A stretch of 64,000 nucleotides of DNA from an uncultured bacterium. Its GTDB lineage: Bacteria; Eisenbacteria; RBG-16-71-46; CAIMUX01. The translations under genes and the position numbers were made by a program. The DNA is taken from assembly GCA_964371055.1 (NCBI GenBank), contig CAYJLF010000004.1, positions 3,993 through 67,992 on the forward strand, written 5' to 3'. Every line of letters begins with the position of its first letter. The stretch's first letter is position 1. The notes beneath the pieces were generated by a model that was not told the origin of the DNA, made no database searches, and saw only the letters and a program-made list of their open reading frames with translations. Shown piece after piece: positions 47,810-57,341 of the stretch.

Positions 47810-48841
47810 GTGGGCGCCGGCCGGCTCACCGAGACGCTGGTCGGCTGGATCGCCGGCCCTACGGCGGTCGGCAAAAGCGAGATCGCGCTCTCCCTGGCGG
47901 AGGCGCGAGGCTGGGCGATCCTCTCCGTGGACAGCCGCCAGATCTACCGCCGCCTCGATCGAGGAACCGCCAAGCCGTCGCCGGAGGAGCGCGCACGCGT
48001 CCCTCACCTCTTGCTCGACGCGCTCGACCCGGTCGAAACCTCGTCCGCCGGCCGCTTCCGCGCGCTGGCGCTGGCGTCGCTCCGGGAACTGGGAGATCGC
48101 GGCGGGAGAGCGCTGGCGGTGGGCGGAGCCGGGCTTTATTGGGAGGCCCTGACCCGAGGGTTACATCCGTTGCCGCCCGCCTCCGCGTCGATCCGGCAGC
48201 GACACGAGGAGATCCTCGATCGCGAAGGCCCGGCAGGACTCCATCGGCGACTGGCCGCGGTCGATCCGGTCACGGCCGCCCGTCTTGCGCCGCCCGATCG
48301 CCAGCGCGTCAGTCGTGCGCTGGAGGTGCACGAGCTGACGGGTCTCACCCTGTCGGCGCTGCTGCACGCCCCCCGCGGTCCCGAGACGCGCCGTCCGGTC
48401 GTGGCCCTGATCCGCGAGCGCGGCGATCTCCACCGGCGCATTGAGAGACGTTGCGAGGCGATGCTGGCGGCCGGACTCCTGGATGAGATCCGCGCGTTGC
48501 TCCTCTCGGGGCTTCCCGCCTCGGCGCCCGGATTGCGCACCGTCGGCTATCGTGAATTCCTGCCGCACCTGCTCGACGGAGAGTCTCTCGCGAGCTGCCG
48601 GGAGGTCTTTCTTCGCCACACCCGGCACTATGCGAAACGACAGGAGACCTGGCTGCGCGGGAGGGTGCCGGAACGCATCGAGATCAGGATTCGTGAAGGC
48701 GAGCCGGCCGAATCTCTGCGCGCGAGGGTAGATCGAGCGCTCACCGCCTCGCTCGAAGGCGCCGCGGACGCGTCCCGGGGTGCATGGTCGCGGTCGAGAC
48801 GCGATGGAGTCCCCTCGGAGGGTGAGGAGAATCACGCTTGA
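47810..48841 (+). CDS. miaA: tRNA dimethylallyltransferase
   Basis: P-loop 'GPTAVGKS' and 'DSRQIYR'. It starts immediately after the mutL stop. Confidence 0.85.
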   Translation: MGAGRLTETLVGWIAGPTAVGKSEIALSLAEARGWAILSVDSRQIYRRLDRGTAKPSPEERARVPHLLLDALDPVETSSAGRFRALALASLRELGDRGGRALAVGGAGLYWEALTRGLHPLPPASASIRQRHEEILDREGPAGLHRRLAAVDPVTAARLAPPDRQRVSRALEVHELTGLTLSALLHAPRGPETRRPVVALIRERGDLHRRIERRCEAMLAAGLLDEIRALLLSGLPASAPGLRTVGYREFLPHLLDGESLASCREVFLRHTRHYAKRQETWLRGRVPERIEIRIREGEPAESLRARVDRALTASLEGAADASRGAWSRSRRDGVPSEGEENHA

Positions 48842-48878
48842 CAGCCGGGCCCGCCCTTCGTAGGGTGAGGGGTGCTGA

Positions 48879-48953
48879 GCGGGCGTAACTCAGTGGTAGA
48901 GTATCAGCTTCCCAAGCTGAGAGTCGCGGGTTCAAATCCCGTTGCCCGCTCCA
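48879..48953 (+). tRNA. tRNA-Gly (anticodon CCC), CCA encoded
   Basis: A cloverleaf folds manually: 7-bp acceptor, D-stem actc/gagt, anticodon stem tcagc/gctga with loop ttCCCaa, T-loop ttcaaat. It is followed by a T5 run. Confidence 0.85.
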
Positions 48954-49100
48954 TTTTTATACCCTTACCGCCACACCCAGATCGCACGCCGGACGGTGAC
49001 GGACGACCTTCGCCCGGAGCACGGTTCCGCCTCGTGCCGCCGGTTCGACTGCGCGGGGGGCGTGAGGACGGTAGACGGACCCGGGGCGGGGGAGTCTACG

Positions 49101-50435
49101 ATGGGGCACCCGCCTTTTCGGCGTTTCCCGAGAGCGGGGTGGGGGAGGACTGGAGGCAGAGTGGTCGAGATCGAAGCGGTAGCCGCGGGTACGGTCGCGG
49201 AGCGGGCCGGGCTGCGTCCCGGTGATCGGGTGGCGCGGATCAATGGCGCCGCCGTTCGCGACGTGCTCGACTTCCACTTCCAGGCATCGGGCGAAGACGT
49301 GCTGGAGTTCCACGTCGTGCGCGGCGCGCTGACCGAACTCGTGCGCTTCGTCCGGCCCGAGGGCGAGGAGTTGGGGCTGTCCCTGGTGCCCGATCGGATC
49401 CGTCTGTGCGGCAACGAGTGCGTCTTCTGTTTCATCGACCAGAATCCCGACGGACTGCGCAAGACGCTCTACGTCAAGGATGAGGACTACCGGCTTTCCT
49501 TTCTGCACGGCAATTTCGTCACGCTGACGAACATGAAGGAGTGGGAGATCCGGCGCGTCGTCGAGCAGCGCCTCTCGCCGATCTACCTCTCGGTCCACTC
49601 GACCAATCCCGAGACGCGTCGCCGGCTCATGCAGTCGCGGCGGGAGCGCGACATCGGGCCGATCCTCGATTACTTCCGCGACCACGACATCGTCATGCAC
49701 ACCCAGGTCGTGCTCTGCCCCGGGATCAACGACGGCGACGACCTGGAGGGGACGATTCGGGACCTGGCGGCGTACTACCCGGCGGTGCAGTCGCTCGCGA
49801 TCGTCCCGCTCGGCATGACCGATCACCGCGAGGGGCTGGTGGAGCTGGCGCCGGTCACGCCGGAAGTGGCCGACCGGGTCGTGACCTCCGTCGAAGCGCA
49901 CCATCGTCGCTTCCGCCGGGAGTGGGGGGTCGGCTTCATCTACCTGGGGGACGAGTGGTACCGCAAGCTGGGCCGTCCGGTGCCGCCGGAAACCCACTAC
50001 GACGGCTACCCGCAGCTCGAGAACGGCATCGGGATGACCCGGAACTTTCTGAACCGCCTCGCGCGGCAGCGCCGCGTCCTGCCGCGAACCCCGAACGACT
50101 CGCCGCGGCGCATTACGATCGTGACAGGGGCGCTCTTCCGCCCCATCCTCGAGCCGGCGCTTCGGGCTCGCCTGGAGCGGACCGGTGAGTCGACCGACGT
50201 GGAGGTCGTCGGCGTGGAGAACGAGTTCTTCGGCCGCTCCGTGACGGTGGCGGGGCTCCTCGTCGGCCGTGACATCGCGCGAACCCTGCGCGGGCGCGAT
50301 TGCGGCGACCTGGTGCTGATCCCGCCGGCCACGCTGAACGATGACGGTTTGTTCCTGGACGACATGACGCTGGAGAATCTGGCCGCCGAGGTGGGCGTGC
50401 CGGTACAGGCGGGGTTCCGCGACCGCTGGTGGTAG
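49101..50435 (+). CDS. PDZ-domain plus DUF512-domain protein (Fe-S/radical-SAM-like family usually linked to der)
   Basis: N-terminal PDZ ('GLRPGDRVARINGAAV'). C-terminal 'CGNECVFCF' cysteine cluster. It lies upstream of der. The start is uncertain. Confidence 0.6.
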   Translation: MGHPPFRRFPRAGWGRTGGRVVEIEAVAAGTVAERAGLRPGDRVARINGAAVRDVLDFHFQASGEDVLEFHVVRGALTELVRFVRPEGEELGLSLVPDRIRLCGNECVFCFIDQNPDGLRKTLYVKDEDYRLSFLHGNFVTLTNMKEWEIRRVVEQRLSPIYLSVHSTNPETRRRLMQSRRERDIGPILDYFRDHDIVMHTQVVLCPGINDGDDLEGTIRDLAAYYPAVQSLAIVPLGMTDHREGLVELAPVTPEVADRVVTSVEAHHRRFRREWGVGFIYLGDEWYRKLGRPVPPETHYDGYPQLENGIGMTRNFLNRLARQRRVLPRTPNDSPRRITIVTGALFRPILEPALRARLERTGESTDVEVVGVENEFFGRSVTVAGLLVGRDIARTLRGRDCGDLVLIPPATLNDDGLFLDDMTLENLAAEVGVPVQAGFRDRWW

Positions 50436-50467
50436 GCGGCGCCGCGGAGGCGGTGCGCGAGGAGATC

Positions 50468-51781
50468 ATGGCCCTTCCGGTGGTGGCGATCGTCGGGCGA
50501 CCCAATGTCGGGAAGTCGACCCTCTTCAACCGCGTCTTCGGCGCCCGGCTGGCGGTGGTGCACGATGAGCCCGGCATCACCCGCGACCGGCTCAGCCGCC
50601 GGTGCGAGTGGAACGGCCGTTCCTTCCAGCTGGTCGACACCGGCGGGTGGGTACCGGAGGGGCGCGACACGATGGACGCGGCGGTCGTGCGCCAGGTCCT
50701 GCGGGCCCTCGACGCCTGTGACCTGATCCTCTTCGTGGTCGATGCCCGCTCGGGGCTGCACCCGCACGACCGTGAGATCGCGCAGGAATTGCGGCGGCAG
50801 CAGGCCCCCATCCTCCTGGCGGTCAACAAGACCGACTCGGAGCTGCTCGAGTCTCATGCCACCGAGTTCGAGGAACTGGGTCTCCCCGAGGCGCACCCGA
50901 TCGCGGCGATGGACGGACGCGGCGTCGGCGAATTGCTCGATGCGATCCTCGCGCATCTGCCGGAGCGCGGACTCCCCGACGATCGGGGGGCCATCCGCGT
51001 GGCGATCGTCGGGCGCCCCAACGTGGGGAAGTCCTCCATCACCAACCGCCTGCTCGGCGAGGAGCGGATGATCGTCGATGATCGTCCCGGGACGACCCGT
51101 GACGCGATCGATTCCCCGCTCCGGTATCACGGCCGGGACCTGATCGTGGTCGATACCGCCGGGATCCGGCGCCGCCTCGACAGCCAGCCTGACTGGGAGT
51201 TCTACGCCACCCTGCGCGCCCTGCGCGCGCTCGACCGGGCCGACGTGGCGATCCTGGTCCTGGAGGCGACCGAGCCGCTCCACCGGCAGGACATCCGGAT
51301 CGCCGACATGGTGCACCAGGCCGGTGCGGCCTGCGTCATCGCGATCAACAAGTGGGATCTGCCGCCCAAGGACGATCACACGACCTCGGAGTGGAAGCGC
51401 CGTGTCGCCTCGGAGATGCCCTTTTTGAGCTACGCGCCGATCGAGTACGTGTCGGCGTTGACGGTGCAGCGGATCAGCCGCCTTCCCGCCACGGTCGTTC
51501 GCGTCTACGATGCGGCGCGACAGGAGATCCCGACGCCACGCTGGAACGACGTGCTGGGGGAGGCGTTGAAGCGCAATCCCCCCTCGGCGCATCGAGGCCA
51601 GCGACCGGCGAAGATCTACTATGCCACGCAGGTCAAGAAGGCCCCGCCGACGGTCGTGCTCTTCGTGAGCGAACCGAGCCGGGTTCCGGAGCACTATCTC
51701 CGCTACCTGAACGGGGTCTTCCGCGAGGCGCTCGGCTTCGAGGGCAGCCCGATCCGCCTCGTCCTGCGCAAGAGCAATTGA
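50468..51781 (+). CDS. der: ribosome-biogenesis GTPase Der (EngA), tandem GTPase domains
   Basis: Two G-domains ('GRPNVGKST' x2, 'DTGG'/'DTAG', 'NKTD'/'NKWD') and a C-terminal KH-like domain. GAGGAGAT RBS. Confidence 0.9.
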   Translation: MALPVVAIVGRPNVGKSTLFNRVFGARLAVVHDEPGITRDRLSRRCEWNGRSFQLVDTGGWVPEGRDTMDAAVVRQVLRALDACDLILFVVDARSGLHPHDREIAQELRRQQAPILLAVNKTDSELLESHATEFEELGLPEAHPIAAMDGRGVGELLDAILAHLPERGLPDDRGAIRVAIVGRPNVGKSSITNRLLGEERMIVDDRPGTTRDAIDSPLRYHGRDLIVVDTAGIRRRLDSQPDWEFYATLRALRALDRADVAILVLEATEPLHRQDIRIADMVHQAGAACVIAINKWDLPPKDDHTTSEWKRRVASEMPFLSYAPIEYVSALTVQRISRLPATVVRVYDAARQEIPTPRWNDVLGEALKRNPPSAHRGQRPAKIYYATQVKKAPPTVVLFVSEPSRVPEHYLRYLNGVFREALGFEGSPIRLVLRKSN

Positions 51782-51790
51782 GGAGGGCAC

Positions 51791-52495
51791 GTGCTCTGGA
51801 TCGTGACGGTCGCCGCGGCGTTCCTCCTGGGTTCGTTGCCGTGGGGTCTCTGGTTCGGCCGCGGGCTGAAGGGGATCGACGTCCGTGCGTACGGCTCGGG
51901 GAACCTGGGTGCGACGAATGTCTACCGCGTGCTCGGACCGGTGGCCGGCATCGCGGTGCTCCTGCTCGACGCGGCCAAGGGAGCCGGCGCGGTGCTCGTG
52001 GCGCGCGTCCTCCTGGGCGGATCCCAAGGCTCGGGCCCGGGGGAGTGGGCCGGCCTCGTCGCACTTGTGGCGGCCGTGCTCGGGCACTCCTACACCCCGT
52101 TCGCCGGCTTCCGCGGGGGTAAGGGTGTCGCCACCGCGGCAGGCGCGTGGGCGGTGCTGGCTCCGCTTCCCCTCGCCCTGGCGTTCGGACTCTGGGCTCT
52201 GATCTTCGCCGCCACCCGGATCGTCTCGCTCGCATCCCTCGCGGCGGCCCTGGCGCTGCCGATCGCCACGGGGCTGGTGCGGCCCCGACCGGTCGCTGAT
52301 CCCGCCTTCTGGGCTGCGGTCGTGACGGCCCTCTTGCTCCTCCTCCGGCACCGCGCCAACATCGGACGTCTCCTCCGGGGACGGGAGGGATCTCTGCGCC
52401 TGCGCGGTCCCTCCAGTCCGCAGGGCTCCGGTCGGCCGGGCGGTGAGTCGGGCGCACCCGGGGCGAGCGTTCAAAGGGGGCGCGACGATGCATGA
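51791..52495 (+). CDS. plsY: glycerol-3-phosphate acyltransferase PlsY
   Basis: 'GSGNLGATN' and 'HSYTPFAGFRGGKGVAT' conserved PlsY motifs. Multi-TM. Confidence 0.85.
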   Translation: MLWIVTVAAAFLLGSLPWGLWFGRGLKGIDVRAYGSGNLGATNVYRVLGPVAGIAVLLLDAAKGAGAVLVARVLLGGSQGSGPGEWAGLVALVAAVLGHSYTPFAGFRGGKGVATAAGAWAVLAPLPLALAFGLWALIFAATRIVSLASLAAALALPIATGLVRPRPVADPAFWAAVVTALLLLLRHRANIGRLLRGREGSLRLRGPSSPQGSGRPGGESGAPGASVQRGRDDA

Positions 52496-53477
52496 AGTGA
52501 CGGTCTACGGCGGAGGGAGCTGGGGATCGACCCTGGCCCTGCACCTCGCGCGGCAGGGGCGAATCGTTGGCCTCTGGGACAATGATCCGGAACAGCGGCG
52601 TCGCCTGCATGAAGATCGCGAGTGTCGTAAATACATTCCTGGATATGGCTTTCCTTCCAACCTTCATGTACTTTCTGAAGATGAGGTCCCGTCTCCCGGG
52701 TCTCTCGCTGCGTTGGTCGCCGTTCCCTCGCACGCCCTGCGGGGTCTCGCGGGGGCGATCGACCGCTCGTTCCGTGGGCTCTGGATCATCGCGACCAAGG
52801 GGCTGGAGGAAGGCACCGGGCTCACGATGGGGCAGGTGCTGAGGGATGTTCGGGGCGACGGCTGCGGGCCGGTCGTCACGCTGGCCGGACCGAGTCTCGC
52901 CCTGGAGGTCGCCTCGGGAAAGCCGGCCCTGATCCTGGCCGCCTCGCACGACGCCGAGGCGGCGGCGACGGTGCAGCGGCTCTTCGCGACGGAGCGGTTC
53001 CGGGTCTACACCAGTCTGGATCCGCTCGGAGTCGAGCTGGCGACGGCGCTCAAGAACGTCGTCGCGCTGGCGGCCGGCATCGCGGACGGACTCGAGCTGG
53101 GGCAGAATGCGAGGGGGGCGCTCCTCACCCGCGGGCTGGCGGAAATCCGGCGGCTCGGCGAGGCGATGGGGGCCCGGCCGGATACGTTTCTCGGACTGGC
53201 CGGCGTCGGGGACCTGGTCACGACCTGCACCAGCCCGCTCAGCCGGAATCACACCCTGGGGGAGGCGCTCGGGAGAGGCGAGGCGCTCGAGGCGGCCCTC
53301 GCCCGCATCGGCATGGTCGTGGAGGGGGTGCGTTCGACGCGCGCTGCCCTCGACCTGGCGGCGCGGATCGGGATCGAGCTTCCGATCGCCCGGCAGGTGG
53401 CGCGGATCCTGTTCGAGGGGGTCTCGCCCGAGGTGGCGCTGCACGATCTCATGACTCGACCGCTCCGTTCGGAGTAG
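52488..53477 (+). CDS. gpsA: NAD(P)H-dependent glycerol-3-phosphate dehydrogenase
   Basis: 'VTVYGGGSWGSTLA' Rossmann motif and 'KGLE' with a C-terminal helical domain. It contains a 60-nt low-GC patch (see findings). Confidence 0.9.
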   Translation: MHEVTVYGGGSWGSTLALHLARQGRIVGLWDNDPEQRRRLHEDRECRKYIPGYGFPSNLHVLSEDEVPSPGSLAALVAVPSHALRGLAGAIDRSFRGLWIIATKGLEEGTGLTMGQVLRDVRGDGCGPVVTLAGPSLALEVASGKPALILAASHDAEAAATVQRLFATERFRVYTSLDPLGVELATALKNVVALAAGIADGLELGQNARGALLTRGLAEIRRLGEAMGARPDTFLGLAGVGDLVTTCTSPLSRNHTLGEALGRGEALEAALARIGMVVEGVRSTRAALDLAARIGIELPIARQVARILFEGVSPEVALHDLMTRPLRSE

Positions 53478-53479
53478 GC

Positions 53480-53938
53480 GTGGATCGTCCGACGGGAGGG
53501 AGCATGACGGAACCGACGTCGCGCCCGGCGAAGAAGTACCACTCCATCCGCGAGGTCAGCGCGATGCTGGAGGTGGCGCCGCACGTCCTTCGCTATTGGG
53601 AGACGCAGTTCTCGGTCCTCCGTCCGCGCAAGAACCGGGCGGGAACCCGCATGTATCAGGAGCGCGATCTCGACATCCTCCGATCGATCCGCGAGATGCT
53701 CTACGATCGCGGCTACACGATCTCCGGCGCGCGCCAGCGACTGCTCCAGGAACGACGACGCCGGGTGGAGGAGAGCGAACCGCAGGCCGAACTCGATTTC
53801 CTGGCGCCCAACGATCGCAAGCGGTTGCGCGAGGTCCGCGACGAACTGGCGCGGTTGCTCGATCTCCTGCGCGAACCGGCCGCGCGACAGGCCCCGGCGA
53901 CCGATATTTCCGTTGAATCGGAGGGGAGGCGCGACTAG
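53480..53938 (+). CDS. MerR-family transcriptional regulator
   Basis: HTH 'YHSIREVSAMLEVAPHVLRYWE' followed by a coiled-coil. The start could be the internal ATG at 53504. Confidence 0.6.
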   Translation: MDRPTGGSMTEPTSRPAKKYHSIREVSAMLEVAPHVLRYWETQFSVLRPRKNRAGTRMYQERDLDILRSIREMLYDRGYTISGARQRLLQERRRRVEESEPQAELDFLAPNDRKRLREVRDELARLLDLLREPAARQAPATDISVESEGRRD

Positions 53939-53960
53939 AGTTCCAGTGCAGGTATCCGGT

Positions 53961-54037
53961 CGGGGCGTGGCGCAGCCTGGTAGCGCACTTGCATGGGGGG
54001 CAAGTGGTCGCTGGTTCAAATCCAGTCGCCCCGACCA
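53961..54037 (+). tRNA. tRNA-Pro (anticodon GGG), CCA encoded
   Basis: Manual fold: acceptor cggggcg/cgccccg, anticodon stem cttgc/gcaag with loop atGGGgg, T-loop ttcaaat. Confidence 0.8.
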
Positions 54038-54154
54038 GTTCTTCGTGGTGACTCCCCGGGGCGGGCGGCCTGGTGCGCGCCGGCGCCGGGGAGTCGTCCG
54101 TTTCCATCTCGGCCGCTGCCCCGCGCGGCTCCGACCGGTGGGGGAGATCCCGTG

Positions 54155-54988
54155 ATGCGCATCCTGCTCAGCAACGATGACGGTGTCATGGCGACCGGCC
54201 TGAACGCGCTGCGGACGGCCCTCGCGGATCTCGGCGAAGTCACGGTGGTCGCGCCGGACCGCGAGCAGAGCGGCGCCAGCCGCTCCCTCACCCTGGAGCG
54301 TCCCCTGCGCATCCGCCGCACGGGGGAACGGGTCTACAGCGTCGATGGGACCCCCACCGATTGCGTGCTGCTGGCCGTGCGGGGCGTTCCCGGCGTGGTG
54401 CGCGTCCAGCCCGACCTGATCGTCTCGGGGATCAACCACGGGCCGAACCTCGGAGACGACGTGACCTATTCCGGGACCGTCGCGGCGGCGGCGGAGGGAT
54501 CGCTCATGGGAATCCCGGCCCTGGCGGTCTCGCTGGTGAGTTGGGATCCCAAGAGCTTCGAGACCGCCGCCCGGGTGACGAGAGATCTCGTGCGCCGTCT
54601 CCTCTGCGCCCCACTCCCGGCCCGCACGCTCCTCAACGTCAACATCCCCGACCGGCCTTTCGAGGAACTGCGGGGCATCCGGGTGACCCGGCTCGGCCGG
54701 CGGGTCTATCCCGACGTCATCGTCGCCCAGAAGGATCCGCGGGGGAAGGCGTGCTTCTGGATCGGCGGCGAGGCGCCGACCTGGGAGCCCGGACCCGGGA
54801 CCGACTTCGAGGCCATCAGCGAGGGATTCGTTTCCGTCACGCCGCTGCAACTCGACCTGACCGACCACGCGCGCCTGGAGCAGGTACGGGGTTGGGGTCT
54901 CGGCTTGGACGAAAATCGCGGCGTCACGATCCCGTTCACCGCTCCGGGCCGCGGCGGTCCGTCCCCGGAAGGGGAGCCGCACGGATGA
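54155..54988 (+). CDS. surE: 5'/3'-nucleotidase SurE
   Basis: 'ILLSNDDG' metal-binding N-terminus and 'GTPTDCV'. GGGGGAG RBS. Confidence 0.9.
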   Translation: MRILLSNDDGVMATGLNALRTALADLGEVTVVAPDREQSGASRSLTLERPLRIRRTGERVYSVDGTPTDCVLLAVRGVPGVVRVQPDLIVSGINHGPNLGDDVTYSGTVAAAAEGSLMGIPALAVSLVSWDPKSFETAARVTRDLVRRLLCAPLPARTLLNVNIPDRPFEELRGIRVTRLGRRVYPDVIVAQKDPRGKACFWIGGEAPTWEPGPGTDFEAISEGFVSVTPLQLDLTDHARLEQVRGWGLGLDENRGVTIPFTAPGRGGPSPEGEPHG

Positions 54989-55644
54989 CCGACTTCGCGC
55001 GGGCTCGCGAGCGGATGGTCGAGGACCAGCTCACTGCCCGCGGCATCCGTCATCCCGGTGTGCTGCGCGTCATGCGCGAGATCCCCCGGCACCGGTTCGT
55101 CGACCCGGGCCTCGCGCCCGGGGCCTACGGCGACCATGCGCTTCCGCTGGGGATGGGCCAGACCGTCTCTCAGCCTTATATGGTGGCTCTGATGACCGAA
55201 ATCCTGGACCCGCGAGCGGACCATCGTGTGCTCGAGATCGGCACCGGATCCGGGTACCAGGCGGCGGTGCTCTCCCGTCTCGTCCGCACTGTCTTCAGCA
55301 TCGAGCGGCTTCCGCAACTCACCATGCGGGCGCAGGAGATTCTGCGCGAGCTCGCGATCGAGAACGTGGTCCTGCAGACCGGGGACGGCACGATCGGGTG
55401 GAAGCGATTCGCTCCTTTCGACGGCATCATCGTGACCGCGGGCGGACCCGAGCCGCCTCCCTCCCTGATCGAGCAGCTCGCCCCGGGCGGCCGGCTGGTC
55501 TGTCCCGCCGGCACCCGCGAACTCCAGCGGCTGGCGGTGATCGAACGAGGATCCTCCGGCGAACCGCAGCTGCGCTGGAGCATCGCCTGCAACTTCGTCC
55601 CCCTGCTGGGTCGGGAAGGCTGGGACGAGATGGAGCCGCGGTGA
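54985..55644 (+). CDS. pcm: protein-L-isoaspartate O-methyltransferase
   Basis: 'QTVSQPYMVA' and 'VLEIGTGSGYQAA' SAM-binding motif. ATG overlaps the surE stop as ATGA (classic surE-pcm pair). Confidence 0.9.
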   Translation: MTDFARARERMVEDQLTARGIRHPGVLRVMREIPRHRFVDPGLAPGAYGDHALPLGMGQTVSQPYMVALMTEILDPRADHRVLEIGTGSGYQAAVLSRLVRTVFSIERLPQLTMRAQEILRELAIENVVLQTGDGTIGWKRFAPFDGIIVTAGGPEPPPSLIEQLAPGGRLVCPAGTRELQRLAVIERGSSGEPQLRWSIACNFVPLLGREGWDEMEPR

Positions 55645-55884
55645 GGTTCCTCTGCCCGGGAGCCGCGGTGGGGAACCGCGGTGGCGCTTCAGTAGCGCGC
55701 CGGTGAGGCCGATCGAAAATCTGTCTGGACAGACCGGAAAGGCTTGGCTACTCTTCGGGACCCATGGGTCACGGCGCGGCGGCGAGTGGTTGTCCGGTGG
55801 AGAGTCCGGAAGCTTGGCCGGATGCCCGGAGCGGCCGGAGCGGCCGCGGAGGGCCCAGGGCAGTCTGGCGAACGATTTCAGGGT

Positions 55885-55960
<76 letters not shown>

Positions 55961-56048
55961 ATGTGGCGAGGAGGCGGATCCTACCGGGTTCGTCTCCTCG
56001 TTGTTTTTCAGGCCGGTCAATCCCGGCCGGGGAGAGGAGAGAGGGACG

Positions 56049-56588
56049 ATGCGCTCGACCCTGTCCGACCGTCTGGCGGCGGCGATTCGGAATGTGCCGG
56101 ACTTTCCCAAGCCCGGAATCCTCTTCCGGGACATCACGACCCTCCTGCTCTCCCCACCCCTGGTGGCGGAGGCGCTCGACGCGCTCTGGGCGCCGTTCGC
56201 GGGGGAGGTGGACGTGATCGCCGGCATCGAGTCCCGCGGCTTCCTCTTTGGAATGCCGCTCGCCGACCGTCACGCTCTGCCGTTCGTGCCGCTGCGCAAG
56301 CCGGGCAAGCTGCCGGCGGCGGTGCACCGGGAGTCCTACCAGCTCGAGTACGGCGCGGACGCGATCGAGGTCCATCAGGATGCCCTGCGCCCCGGACAGC
56401 GCGTGCTGATCGTCGATGATCTCCTGGCCACCGGCGGAACGGCGGCGGCGGCAGCCGCATTGATCGACCGCGCCGGGGCGACGGTCGTCGGGCTCGCGTT
56501 TCTGGTCGAACTCGACTTCCTGGCGGGGAGGGAGAAGCTCGCTCCCTGGCGGATCCACAGCCTCGTGCACTACGCGGGGGAGGAGTAG
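56049..56588 (+). CDS. apt: adenine phosphoribosyltransferase
   Basis: PRPP-binding motif 'VLIVDDLLATGGT'. 179 aa. Confidence 0.9.
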   Translation: MRSTLSDRLAAAIRNVPDFPKPGILFRDITTLLLSPPLVAEALDALWAPFAGEVDVIAGIESRGFLFGMPLADRHALPFVPLRKPGKLPAAVHRESYQLEYGADAIEVHQDALRPGQRVLIVDDLLATGGTAAAAAALIDRAGATVVGLAFLVELDFLAGREKLAPWRIHSLVHYAGEE

Positions 56589-56591
56589 ACG

Positions 56592-57077
56592 ATGCGCGTG
56601 CGGAAGAGCCGCCGTCGTCCGGGGACCGGTCGGGCCGGACGGTCCGGCGCGTCGTTGCGGATCGTGTCGGCGGCGCTGATCATGGCGCTCGCGCTCGTGA
56701 CCGGCTGCCGCGACCGAGGTCCCGCTCCCGCCCCGGCGATTCACCCCCTGCGCGCGGTCGAGGCCGCGGAGTTGTGGCGCGCGCAATCCGGCCGCGAGGA
56801 CTTTCTCCTCCTCGACATCCGAACGCCGGCGGAATTCGAGCGCGAGCGGATTCCGGGCGCGGTCAACCTCGACTTCCACGCGGCCTCCTTCCGCGAAGAT
56901 CTCTCGAGCCTCGATCGTCAGCAGACGATCCTGCTCTATTGCCGGTCGGGCAATCGTTCCGGCCAGAGCCTCGGCCTCTTCCAGGAGCTTGGCTTCAAGG
57001 ATGTGCGGCACCTCGAGGGCGGAATCCTCGCATGGAGAGGGGCCGGTCTACCGGTGGAGGCGGGGCGCCCTCGCTGA
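56592..57077 (+). CDS. rhodanese-domain lipoprotein (putative sulfurtransferase)
   Basis: Lipobox 'LVTGC'. Rhodanese fold with active-site 'LYCRSGNRSG'. Confidence 0.7.
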   Translation: MRVRKSRRRPGTGRAGRSGASLRIVSAALIMALALVTGCRDRGPAPAPAIHPLRAVEAAELWRAQSGREDFLLLDIRTPAEFERERIPGAVNLDFHAASFREDLSSLDRQQTILLYCRSGNRSGQSLGLFQELGFKDVRHLEGGILAWRGAGLPVEAGRPR

Positions 57078-57174
57078 CGCGCGGAGCGCGGCACCCGCGG
57101 TCACGGTCGCGTGGTTTGGCGCGTGGTTTGGCGCACGGTCCGCCTCGTGGCGCGCCGCACCAGGCCGTGGAATC

Positions 57175-57203
57175 TTGCTTTGCCGCTCCCGGGAGGCTAA
57201 GCT
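57175..57203 (+). promoter_or_regulatory. putative sigma70-like promoter for tRNA-Arg
   Basis: TTGCTT (57175-57180), a 17-nt spacer, and TAAGCT (57198-57203), about 20 nt upstream of the tRNA 5' end. It is preceded by the tandem repeat 'gcgtggtttggc' x2. Confidence 0.3.
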
Positions 57204-57222
57204 GCAGCGACTCTACCGAGTC

Positions 57223-57296
57223 GCCCCCGTAGCTCAGGTGGATAGAGCGACGGTTTCCTAAACCGTAGGTCGCGTGTTCGAGCCACGCCGGGGGCA
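57223..57296 (+). tRNA. tRNA-Arg (anticodon CCT), CCA not encoded
   Basis: Manual fold: acceptor gcccccg/cgggggc, D-stem gctc/gagc, anticodon stem acggt/accgt with loop ttCCTaa, T-loop ttcgagc. Confidence 0.85.
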
Positions 57297-57307
57297 CACG
57301 CCCCGCC

Positions 57308-57341
57308 GGGGGGGGGCGGGGGCCCCCCCCCCCCCCCCCCC
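57308..57341. repeat. G9-C-G5-C19 homopolymeric inverted tract forming a long all-G:C hairpin immediately 3' of tRNA-Arg
   Basis: Read directly: ggggggggg c ggggg ccccccccccccccccccc. It is preceded by 'cacgccccgcc', which resembles the tRNA 3' end 'ccacgccggggg'. Confidence 0.9.

Noticed and set aside
48954-49100. Possible small RNA or terminator in the spacer after tRNA-Gly
   Set aside because: Only a short T5 run directly follows the tRNA acceptor stem. There is no independent stable hairpin, and no conserved motif from RNase P, SRP, tmRNA or 6S was recognisable.
50006-52474. 822-aa minus-strand ORF
   Set aside because: Antisense to the DUF512 gene, der and plsY. Artefact.
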